A DNA stretch of 64,000 nucleotides, from the NCBI GenBank assembly GCA_964016885.1, contig OZ024740.1, positions 368,094,001-368,158,000 of the forward strand, given 5' to 3'. Positions 12,501-22,980 of the stretch are shown here, piece after piece. Every line of letters starts with the position of its first letter. Position 1 is the first letter of the stretch. Both the position numbers and the translations under genes were made by a program. The stretch is from Eledone cirrhosa. Taxonomy: Eukaryota. The notes beneath the pieces are model-generated. The model worked only from the letters and a program-made list of their open reading frames with translations, was not told where the DNA came from and did not search any database.

Positions 12501-13450
12501 GTTTGTTTGTGATGATAATGTTTTTGAGAAATATGTTAGTCTTGTGTATTATCTTTTGGTTCTGTTTGGAATTCTGTATCTTAGGGAGAGTGTCTCTTTA
12601 CCCCATGTCAGATTCTTTAATTTTCAACCATTGGATCATAATTTCATCCTTCAAGTTGGCAAGTTCATTCTCATTCATTTCTTTATCATTTACTATCTCA
12701 TTGTTTTAATTTTGAATTTCACCTTCAGCATGCACTCTCTCCACTTTTTCGATCCTTTCTTTAATTTGTTCTGTTGTCAGTGATTCCGCCCCAACCCTGG
12801 GATTCGAAGTGTTACAATTTACCTCGTTTTCACTGACACATGTTTAATTTTCCCTTCGCTGGCTTTCTGCTAATAGCTTGATCTGATCAATTTCTATATC
12901 AGTTAGTAACTTCTTTTAAACAATATTTCTTCGTATATTGGCTAGTTTGTTACTGTCAATATAGCCTGTTTTCGGGATGTTTCTTTTTCCAGTTGATATA
13001 TGTCTGTTCTGTATTCGATCTACTTGATGGATAGTACATGGGAGTGTAGAAAGCTTCAAGGACTTCTTTATTGTCTTCCTTTGTCCATTTTTCTCTCTTT
13101 TTCTTTGGATTTCTTGGTGGTGAGCATGGAGTGCCATCAGTAGGAGTATTCCGGTTATGGGAGGTCTCCAGCTCCGAAGTGATGGGAAGGTTTGAACCAT
13201 TAGCTGATTTTTCGACCCCAGTCGGGTTCCTCTTTGAGTGACGCGGCCCTTTTTGACCCGGCTGACGGCCGATCCAGTATGAGATTTTATCATTTGACAT
13301 TTACTTTATTTTGTTGCGTTTTATCCTTAACCGCCAAGGAGTAATCATTTCGTGTTACCACTTCTAGGACTAGAGGGGTCGTCCTCCCCTAGAGACACGG
13401 CTATTCCCCGCCGGCCGCCATCCCGGTATTTCTTGGTCACGGGGTTTTCT
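9530..13450 (-). mobile_element. Near full-length, decayed R4/Dong-type element (Dong-C), a different subfamily from Dong-B
   Basis: Fragmented ORF spanning 13300 to 9675: KREKWTKEDNKEV, RPITCL, IDYKKAFDS, HLFYMDDLKLF, YKYLG and C-terminal LMGTAHILRKILSI*. (TAA)n lies on both sides. Confidence 0.88.
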
Positions 13451-13656
13451 TTTTTGTTGTTTTTTTAAATTGTTCTTATCATGAGTGGTTCCTTAATGTG
13501 AGCATTGCGTGGCTTAAGAATGAAATTATTATTAATAATATAATATACTTTTTGTTGAAGTTGCCTGTTATTGTTGTTGGCCATGTCGGTGGTGGTGCCG
13601 GGGATTTTTCTATTGTTGGTGAGGAAGGGGAGAGCCAGCAGTGCCATAGTCGTTGA

Positions 13657-13718
13657 TTGTTATTATTATTAATATTATTATTATTATTATTAATATTATT
13701 ATTATTATTATTAATATT

Positions 13719-13785
<67 letters not shown>
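13657..13785. repeat. (TTA)n then (TA)n microsatellite
   Basis: Read directly from the sequence. Confidence 0.95.
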
Positions 13786-13789
<4 letters not shown>

Positions 13790-14178
13790 TAAGGGATACG
13801 AGAATTGACGCCAGCTATTCGTATCCTCCAACAAGGATTAGATTTTTCAACTATAATAGAAGCTTGGTGGCTGATAGTGCAGGAACTTTTAATGAAGCCT
13901 GTATCAAAATAGGTTTACATACACATATCTACCTCCCAACAAACGTACACTTATGAACAATTCGCTCTCACTCACTCACTTGCTCTCTGTATATCCGCCA
14001 ATGTGCGAGATTAAAAGTTCCAAGGTAATAGAAATTATAGAAAATAAAAGGTATGAGAAAAGAGTGAGAACCGTAGAATTTTAACTTAGAAATTTAATGT
14101 TATGTGTATATCTTCCAAATATTTAAACTTATTTAAATTTGTATTTCTTATTCCACAATGCTTTAAGCCAACTACAAC

Positions 14179-14219
<41 letters not shown>

Positions 14220-14475
14220 CCACGAGCTGTTTTTTATTTATTCAGCTGCCCCTCCCAATTCCTCCCGTACACGTTTTCAAGATCATCTTATTGGCAGAAT
14301 ATATATTTGCTCAAATGTAGGTTAAAAATCTTGGTAATGATATAATGAAAGTTACTTAATTATTGACCAATATTGGAATTAAAAAGTTCCTGAAGGTTAT
14401 TGTATCGAATATAGAAATTAAATGGGATAATCTGACGTTAAATATCGAAATATAGTATATGTTATATACAAGATA

Positions 14476-14540
<65 letters not shown>

Positions 14541-14551
14541 CTATTTCTATC
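14476..14551. repeat. (TCTA/GATA)n microsatellite at the 5' flank of Tx1-2
   Basis: Read directly from the sequence. Confidence 0.95.
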
Positions 14552-14650
14552 TGACGTGTGGAACATCGCCGGTGAGCTTTTTTGTTAATTTCTATGCAAA
14601 AAAACGAACTAATTGTTTGAAAAAACACAACATTTTGTAGATTAAGCCCC

Positions 14651-14916
14651 TGTGGGGCTATGTAGAACGACTATTGTCGTGGGTGGGACCAATCCAGTTG
14701 ACCACCGAGTTGATTGTCATGATCAAACCGCCACCCTCCTTCAAAAACGAAGAAGAGGCGGTTTACCTTTGTGTGATAGCTATGGCGAAAGAGGTTGTAT
14801 GGTGGACAAGGTTGAAAGGGCTGAGGTCAGACACCTTTCTCTCCGGCCAACAACTGATTCTTTTTTTCAAATACCACTTTGGAAGAAGAATCAGGATGGA
14901 GAGAGAGGTGAGAGAG
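14651..14916 (+). mobile_element. Internal Tx1 ORF2 C-terminal fragment between 57-bp direct repeats
   Basis: Encodes IKPPPSFKNEEEAVYLCVIAMAKEVVWWTRLKGLRSDTFLSGQQL. Repeats lie at 14594-14650 and 14917-14973. Confidence 0.85.
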
Positions 14917-15059
14917 ATGCAAAAAACCGAACTAATTGTTTGAAAAAACACAACAATTTGTAGATTAACCCCCAAGCTGAATTGTCAGCTGGGTGGTAAT
15001 CCCATTTTTCGCCCATGTAGAGGCGAACATTTTATTTAAAAAATTTGTTTTAAAATATC

Positions 15060-17061
15060 AGATTTTACAAAGTAAATAACTTGAGCAACACAGAACATTG
15101 GAGAACGTTAATAGAGAAGAGAGAGAAAAAGAGGCAGATATTAACGTTATATCTGCTTCTACTACTATGGACGTCGCCATAGATACAACTGTCACAAAAG
15201 AAAAAAATATATTAACACTTGAAAATTTTAAAATTTCTACCGTCGAAGCGGAGAAAAATAACAATAACACACAGGAAAACACAGGAATTAAACCCATTGA
15301 CATACATACACATGAAAAAGACATCAACAACTCTACAGATACATCTACACATAAAGTTTCACCTCGACAAGGAACTGAGATTTCCACCAACGATAACAAC
15401 AACATCAACAGCAACACCACACAAAAAAAGTAAATGTCTTTCGCTGAAACAGTGAACAAGAAACAAGATTTTATAAATGTTGATATCTCCAACGCTAGAA
15501 ATATGCTCCAGCAAGGGAGACAATTTGTAACTTTCGAAGAAAGAGGTGGGTTTAGAATTAACTCACCCCTTGAAATAAAGGAAGACACAATCCGCAGATC
15601 AGTCACTTTTAGGACTGTGTCAAATTCGACAAGAAAGCCGATATTTGTTAATCAAGCAGATATAGAAGATACTTTCAAGGAAATTCTAGCAAATGTCGAT
15701 TTTCTCCAGCGAGGAAAACAGTACGGAAGTGTTTCCGTACTGTTTAAAAGCGAGGCACTCGCCCCCAAAAAACTCTGTGACACCAATAGTGTCAAAAGCA
15801 TACACCTTTTTCCCTACATACATGGGGAAAAGCAGACAAAAAATAAAAAGAAAAAACATACCTCCAAACATTAACATCTGGTGGATCTTGGCTGGCTTCG
15901 TAGAGCCAGAAACAGACATGATACTTTCAATACGAAAATCTATTCGACAAAGGTGGGCGGGCACAGATTTGGAGATTCTGTTGCAAATGAAACCAGAGAG
16001 AATCTCCAAAATACCCGAAAGAGTCGTTATTGATAATTGTTTCTACTTTTGGCACAAGGCCAGCAATTACCCAGTACATTACTGGTACTTTATTTTATCG
16101 ACCCCATAAGGATGAAAGGCAAAGTTAACCTCGGCGGGATTTGAACTCAGAATGGCAAGGGCCGTAACTCTATGCGTCAAAGCATGGCGTTCAACCCTCT
16201 ACCGATACTGCCAATTCACCGCCCTATTCGAGTCGTTATTAATAATGACAACAAAATAAACATTTCGGTAGAAGGACGAAAATTTCATTGCTTTCGCTGT
16301 GGTAGCACAGCTCACCTAAAAGCCTCTTGTCCACAAACACACAACAACATCATAAAAAAAAACCCTATTACCAACACCAACACCAAAATAGCCACCACCA
16401 CCACAAGTACAACGACAGCCGAAACGAGCAACCACACCAAAACAAACAGACACTCAACCAACAACAATAGAAAAAACAGAGACAACACCCCTGAAGAACA
16501 CATCCCCACTCCATCCCACTCCATCAAACACTACCACAAACACACATACCGAAACACCACCACCACACAACATACCCTTACCCCACACACCTGACGATGA
16601 TTATTCATCGACGGATGAAGCTGCTTCTCCTTCTTTAAGTGAAGAAGAGGGTGAACCGCGGAAATCTAAAAAAAAACAAAAAAAGAGACACCACAAAACC
16701 CCCAAAACTCCAATCACCAACACCAACACACAACCACAGACACAAACAACAACACAAACAACAATACGCATACATCAACACAAACAACAAGAGTTTGATG
16801 GAGGTCATTTCCCAAAACCCCAAGGTGGAAACGGAGGGCAATACTTTCGTCAAGGCAGAATCGTCTCCACACCTTAAACGTATAAGGGTTTCTATGGAAA
16901 CCTATAAAGACCTAAAAATTAAATTTTCACAGGACGTGGGCAACCCCTGCCACAAACCCATCAACCGTGTCCTGTTAAAATATTTCCCCACTCCACCCAA
17001 CACCCCATCCAGCATCCAAATGGAGATTGAACAACCCGATTTCCAGGAAAGGAAAAGGTAA
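15060..17061 (+). pseudogene. Tx1-2 ORF1 (gag-like), interrupted by a SINE
   Basis: QRGKQYGSVSVLF and INISVEGRKFHCFRCGSTAHLKASC. Stop at 17059-17061. Confidence 0.8.
16033..16224 (-). mobile_element. tRNA-derived SINE (octopus-type), full length, with a 17-bp target-site duplication (TSD)
   Basis: Minus strand has A-box TGGCAGTATCGG and B-box GAGTTCAAATCC, and ends GCCTTGTGCCAAAAGTAGAAACAATTAT. TSD GAGTCGTTATT(G/A)ATAAT at 16021-16037 and 16230-16246. Confidence 0.85.
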
Positions 17062-17102
17062 GTGCACCTTTCGTCCTTTTTCTCCAAATTTTCTTCACCA
17101 AC

Positions 17103-20100
17103 ATGGCTGGTTTACGAGTTGGAACCGTGAATGTGCGTGGCCTAGGGATGCCTTGGAAACAGGGCCAACTTTTAAACGACTTTAGGTCACACAGTATGGA
17201 TGTGATAGCCATTACCGAGTCCAGGATCCTTAACAGGCAGCAACAAACCCCCATCTTGAGATCTACGCATCTCTCTCTCAGCCAGGAGGTGGAGGTGGAG
17301 TGGCTGATATGTTTCGGAAGTACGTGGACGTCGGAGTACAGCAAGTACACTTGGACCCGGAGGGTAGACTGGTAGTCCTAGACGTGAACAGTATCGGAGG
17401 TGGAGCCTTCAGACTGGTCGCCGTTTATGCCCCGACCGGGCAATCGCAATCACGGCCAGACTTCTTTAAGCGTCTAGAGTCTTTTCTGGGAACGTCTCGC
17501 TCCTTAATTTTAGTGGGGGACTGGAATGGTATCCTAGATGCACGATGGGACTATGTGGGAGGATGTTCCAGTAGAGCGGGGTGCAACAGCCTCAAAACTT
17601 TAATCGGCCAATTCCAACTGGCCGATAGGTATCGACTGGATTTCCTGACTGCACCACAGTGGACGTGGGCAAACCGCAGCGGGACATCTAGATCGTATTT
17701 ACATAGGTTCTTCATTAGAGAAAGTGACAAGGAGATGTTAAGCTGTCCACGAATGCACATGGTTGCCTATTCAGATCAAAAATTAGTCGTCTGCTTAGTC
17801 AACCGTGATAGATCACATAGACAAGGACCCGGATACTGGAAGCTGAACGTGTCGTTGCCGGCACGTAAAGCTTACAGTGAACGGATAAGTAGACTAGTCA
17901 AGCAACAGTTGACGGTAGCCATTGTCAACAATAAATGGTGGTACTCTCTCAAGAAAGCAATTAGAATAGAATCGATATGGTTTAGCAGAGAGTTAGCCTT
18001 AGAAAAAAACAAACTAGAAAGAGAACTAATAGCCAAGGTAGAGGAGGCACTTAGAAGTGGCGACGCGGCTAGAGTGTTAGCGTCGAGAACGGCACTGGAC
18101 CAGTTCTTCGATGCGAAACACGAAGGCTGCGTATTCAGAAGAAAAACAGGTGCTCTAGGAAACAAAGGAGCGAAAGCTGTCAGCTGAGCCCGAGTGGCGG
18201 AGGCAAAAAGTGGCAACAAGTCCACGATTTGGTCTTTGAAAGATTAAAACGGACGCGTACTACTTGACCACAAGCTAATGTGCGCGTCCTTTCAGCAACA
18301 TTTTGCGCGATTATTTGAGCAGAATGACGGTGAGCCGAACGGTGCAATAGACTTTAGTTCATACCCCGACGGCCTGCCACGTCTCTCAAACACGGACGCC
18401 GAGTTCTGCGATAGACCAATCACGGACTAGATGGTCTACCCTATGAGTTTTACATAGGCATGCCGGACTTGTTCTCTGGCGTCCTCGAAGCCGTCTACTG
18501 CAATTGGCAGCAGAACGGGAGAATTCCCAGTTCTGCAGGCAAGGGCGTAGTAACGCTGATCAGGAAAGACGAGAACAAGGGGGACGAAATTAACAACTTC
18601 AGGCCCATAACTCTGCTCAACACAGAGTTAAAGATTTTGGCCAAGGTGCTAGCGACGAGGTTGGCGCTTGTCGTCGAGAACCTGGTAGGGAAAGCGCAAA
18701 CGTGTGCAATCCCGACCAGGTCCATACACGGCAACCTCCACCTCATGCGATACATCATAGAGAGGGTGGGTAGTAAATCCGGATTCGATGGGGCTCTGAT
18801 CCATTTGGATCAGTCTAAGGCATTCGATAGGGTGACCATCGATACTTGGAAGCGGTTCTCAAGGCGGCCGTTTCGGTCCCGTGTTCAGAGGGTGGATCGA
18901 GGTGATGCACACCAGCATCTGCCCGAGGGTCAAGGTGAACGGCTACCTATCGAAGCCGTTCGCAATCACCCATTCCATTCGACAGGGATGCCCTCCATCC
19001 TCCATTCTGTATGTATTGACTCTAGAGCCACTACTGCGGAAATTGGAGCTGTTGCAGGGCATCCCCCTCTAGAACAGGGACTACTCAAAGTGGCGTCGGC
19101 TTATGCTGACGACGTGACGGTAATGGTGTCGTGCACCTCGGAAATCGGGGTGATCGGCAACTTACTGAAATAATACGAAACGCTGACGGGAGCAAAACTA
19201 AACCCGGACAAGTCTGTCGGTTTGCAACTCGGTACGTGGAGAGGCAATCCGATGACGCCCAACAGCGTCGTGGACGCTGAACGGACGGACCGGTGAAATT
19301 GCTCGGGGTCTGGTTCGGTCCAGACCTCCAGGTGGAGAAACACTGGAACGAAGTCACGGCCAAGGTGTTTGCACTCACCCAGAAGTGGGCAGAGTGCAAA
19401 CTGTCCTTGAAAGGTCGAGCGGAGGTGGCAAACACTTTCTTAGCGTCCGTCATCTATTACCGCTTGACTGTCGTGCCTTGTCCCCGTGAACACCTCGCCA
19501 AGATGGAACGCATACGCTTCCAGTTTGTGTGGAAAAGCAGGCTCCGCTGGTGAGGAGATCCGTCTGCTGTCAGCACCTTTCCAACGGAGGGCTGGGAATG
19601 CCATGGCTGATGATGCGCAAACATGCGCTGAGGCTGCGGCATCTCTAGGTATTCCTCACCGGCCCCCAACCGGTGTGGGCACCGTTTGTGAGACAGGCTT
19701 TCCCACAGCTCTTCTCGCTGACGTAGCTGCAGTCCTGGGTCAAGAAAATACCGAAAACGATGGACACCTGACACATTCAATGCGCTCAGGCGTTCACAGT
19801 CCTCTGGCAAGCGGGCGCAGCAATCAGTGGAGACTCCACTTCGACATTCTATAGAGTGATTGTACGTTACAAGGGCGACTACGTGCTTGGAGAGAAGAGA
19901 ATCTTGGCGTCGAAGACGATGAGTCAAACCAGTATGTTTGGTAGGACTTTCCGCCCTGGACCTATGTACAACTTCCAGAGGTCCCTGACCTGGCAGTGCT
20001 ACCGAGGAGCTCTACCGGTTCGTGACAAGATCTATGGAACGGACTCCCCGGCAGGGATCCTTCGAAGAGGACGTGTCCAAGATGTGCGCAGGACATTGAA

Positions 20101-20489
20101 ACAGTCCTGCACGCAATTGTACACTGCCCGGGCGTAATCGACCTGTGGAACTGTGCAGAACAACTGCTGTCGCGTATGGGACAAATCCCGTTGACTGCCG
20201 AGTACATAGTAAGGACCAAACCACCAGCCTCTTTCAAATACGAAAGTGAGGCGGTTTTCCTCTGTACGTGGCTATGGTGAAAGACGTTATGTGGTGGACG
20301 AGATTGAGAGGAGTGAGGACAGATGCCTTTCTCTCCGGACAACAATTGATTCCCTTCTTTAAGTATCAATTTAGAAAGAGAATCAGAGTGGAGAGAGAGG
20401 CACTGCACCCCAGTAAATTTACTGAAAGGTGGGTGAAAGAAGCGAAAATGGCCCGCGCGATGTGGCCTTCTAAGTTTATAAGCCTGTAG
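17103..20489 (+). pseudogene. Tx1-2 ORF2: APE + RT + C-terminal Cys/His domain (frameshifted)
   Basis: MAGLRVGTVNVRGL, LVAVYAP, GDWN, GPGYWKLN, NFRPITLLN, DQSKAFDRV, IRQGCP, AYADD. Confidence 0.9.
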
Positions 20490-21172
20490 GTTGAAGAAAA
20501 GAGCAAAAGGAAGAAAGCAGCACTTGCACAACACGCTCCTACAGTTGAGGGTTCTTCTATCGACGGGGTATTATACAACCCTTTTGTGGCGCTTCCCCCC
20601 CTATTGGGGATTTAATTGTTGTAATTGTTTGTTTTTATAATTTTTACATGACTATATGTAAAATCCCCGGCATGTCTTTGTATTGTCCCTTTTTCTTGTG
20701 CGCCCTTGTGGCAAATAAAGAAATATATCTATACATTACCTACATATATATGGATATATAGATAAATAGATAGTTAAACACATACTCACCACAACTATAC
20801 ATATCAAGATATGTTGTTATATCATGCGTCAGGTTATATTATGTATCCTAATTAAGCGTTTCAGTATTTTTATGCACGTGGTGTGATGTCTATGAATCTA
20901 TGAATGCTATTTAAAATACTCTCAGATTCGAGGCCGTGTCATTGTTTAAGAAGACAATGGATTGTGTGGAATTGAAAAGTATTGCTTTGAAAGCTCTAAA
21001 GCTAGGAACAGTGATTATCATAGAGATGTCGTGTTAGAATCATCATGTTAATAATAAAATCACTCCTAATATAAGCCCAGTCGCCTGGAAATACACATGC
21101 GTACCACGTGCGCTTGTATTCACTCGCACACTATCACATACACCAAATCAAGCACACACATACACACATGCA

Positions 21173-21263
<91 letters not shown>

Positions 21264-21271
<8 letters not shown>

Positions 21272-21491
21272 TAAAATAACAGATTAAAGTTTAAGCAAAG
21301 AATCGCTGCTTTCACCCTTAACGGGATCTTCTGAGACTCAGATGATTCCGTTAAGGGTGAAAGCAGCGATTCTTTGCTTAAACTTTAATCTGTTATTTTA
21401 ATAAATATTTGCTCTACGGTTCTTATATATTTGATATATATTTATCCTAATCGAGCCCTCTTTGGATTTTAGTCTTCAAATTTATTATTAT

Positions 21492-21495
<4 letters not shown>
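21264..21495 (+). mobile_element. Family X non-autonomous PLE-like repeat with a snap-back palindrome (21264-21408) centred on its hammerhead-like motif
   Basis: Inverted arms around AGACT (21334-21338). Shares the family 3' end GAGCCCTCTTTGGATTTTAGTCTTCAAATTTATTA followed by (TA)n. Confidence 0.75.
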
Positions 21496-21569
<74 letters not shown>

Positions 21570-21659
21570 GAAGGAAGTGTGGTAAGGTACCAAATGGGCC
21601 CTAACGCACCAGAGTACTCAATATTTAGTGTAGTAGAGTACGAAAGTTTTTAACATTTT

Positions 21660-21662
<3 letters not shown>
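21570..21662 (-). repeat. Family Y interspersed repeat fragment
   Basis: Similar to copies at 34760-34860, 41843-42018, 45912-45978, 46090-46276 and 53247-53360. Confidence 0.7.
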
Positions 21663-21700
<38 letters not shown>

Positions 21701-21748
21701 ATGAAATGACAGGAGGCTGGATTTGTGTAAATCCTTGAAAGGTTTATT

Positions 21749-21806
21749 ATACTATGATCATTTCAATGACCGGGTTCCGTATGAATCCGGTGATATCATC
21801 AGGTAT
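21749..21806 (-). ncRNA. Minimal type-I hammerhead ribozyme motif (mirror copy)
   Basis: Reverse complement of 22000-22057. Confidence 0.65.
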
Positions 21807-21999
21807 TCGAAATATAATACGTGAATGTAATAGGTAAAATCCATGGGGCTGAAAATCGAGACCCGAGGGCGACCGCTATTCTGTTCCTTCAACCTCAGCC
21901 GGTCGCCCTGAGATTGAAGGAACAGAATAGCGGTCGCCCTCGGGTCTCGATTTTCAGCCCCATGGATTTTACCTATTACATTCACGTATTATATTTCGA

Positions 22000-22057
22000 A
22001 TACCTGATGATATCACCGGATTCATACGGAACCCGGTCATTGAAATGATCATAGTAT
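22000..22057 (+). ncRNA. Minimal type-I hammerhead ribozyme motif
   Basis: ATAC-CTGATGA-[T..ACCGG..CCGGT..T]-GAAA-TGATCA-TA^GTAT, with palindromic helix III TGATCA. Confidence 0.65.
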
Positions 22058-22248
22058 AATAAATCTTTCAAGGATTTACACAAATCCAGCCTCCTGTCAT
22101 TTCATTATAATATTTAACTCCGTAATAGCACCACAAACTACAAAAACAAAGACAGTTGAACTGCTTTACGTTGAGTACTCTCTATATTATTGCATTACGA
22201 TTGACCATACGGAATAGACCAGCTCTATACAGTGGTGAACCTCAAATC

Positions 22249-22298
<50 letters not shown>

Positions 22299-22307
22299 TA
22301 TATATAG

Positions 22308-22338
<31 letters not shown>

Positions 22339-22736
22339 GTGCAAGCCAACCTACATACGCCTTTTTATGTGTAAACCTTCTACTCCAACCATAATTTTCA
22401 GTACCACCACTCCACATAAATTCCTCAATTTAAGAATGACCTGTAGTATCTATTTCATACGATTAACCTTATTTGAAAATATATCTGACCAAGAATGCCT
22501 TGTGTGAAAATCAGTCATGTGGAACTATTGTCATCTTGCCTGACAGTTTGAACCTCACAGAACCACCTGCTTCTTTGAGGTCAAATACCAACCTACTACC
22601 ATCTACAAACTGACCAATGAGAATCAAGACCATTCCTGCTGACAACATCAAAGTATTCCTAACAAGCTCATATGTCCCAAGGCTCTGATACCATCAACAC
22701 TATACACACAGAGCTGGCATATCTAATAACTGACTA

Positions 22737-22792
22737 ACTGCCTGATGAGGTCATAGCCATTCAATGGCTATCATCGAAATATATATAGCAGT
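22737..22792 (+). ncRNA. Type-I hammerhead ribozyme in the 5' pseudo-LTR
   Basis: ACTGC-CTGATGA-GGTCATAGCCATTCAATGGCTATCATC-GAAA-TATATA-TA^GCAGT. Confidence 0.85.
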
Positions 22793-22980
22793 AAATAAAG
22801 GATTATGATTTCATGCAATTGACTTATGTCTCGTCACTATTATAAATCCGGAACTTATATCTCCGTTGAGTGCTCCCTATCCCAATACTGAAGTACTGGA
22901 TTTTACCAACATTTACTTTCTTGTTTACCCCATGCTCAACAACCTGTTGAGCGCTTCATACAGTAGCGGACCGCAGCCAA

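Larger units (their letters stand above)
14552..20724 (+). mobile_element. Tx1/L1-clade LINE (Tx1-2), near full length and decayed
   Basis: ORF1 with CFRCGSTAHLKASC, ORF2 with APE, RT and Cys motif, and a 3' end GCAAATAAAGAAAT. The 5' boundary is inferred. Confidence 0.88.
21698..22108. repeat. About 410-bp near-perfect palindrome carrying two divergent hammerhead motifs
   Basis: Arms 21698-21898 and 21908-22108. The ORF track shows mirror ORFs 21758-21985(-) and 21821-22048(+). Confidence 0.95.

Noticed and set aside
13325-13450. GC-rich structured 5' UTR of Dong-C as a possible HDV-like ribozyme
   Set aside because: Plausible by family precedent, but I could not assemble P1/P1.1/P2/P3/P4 by eye. 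It needs a descriptor search.
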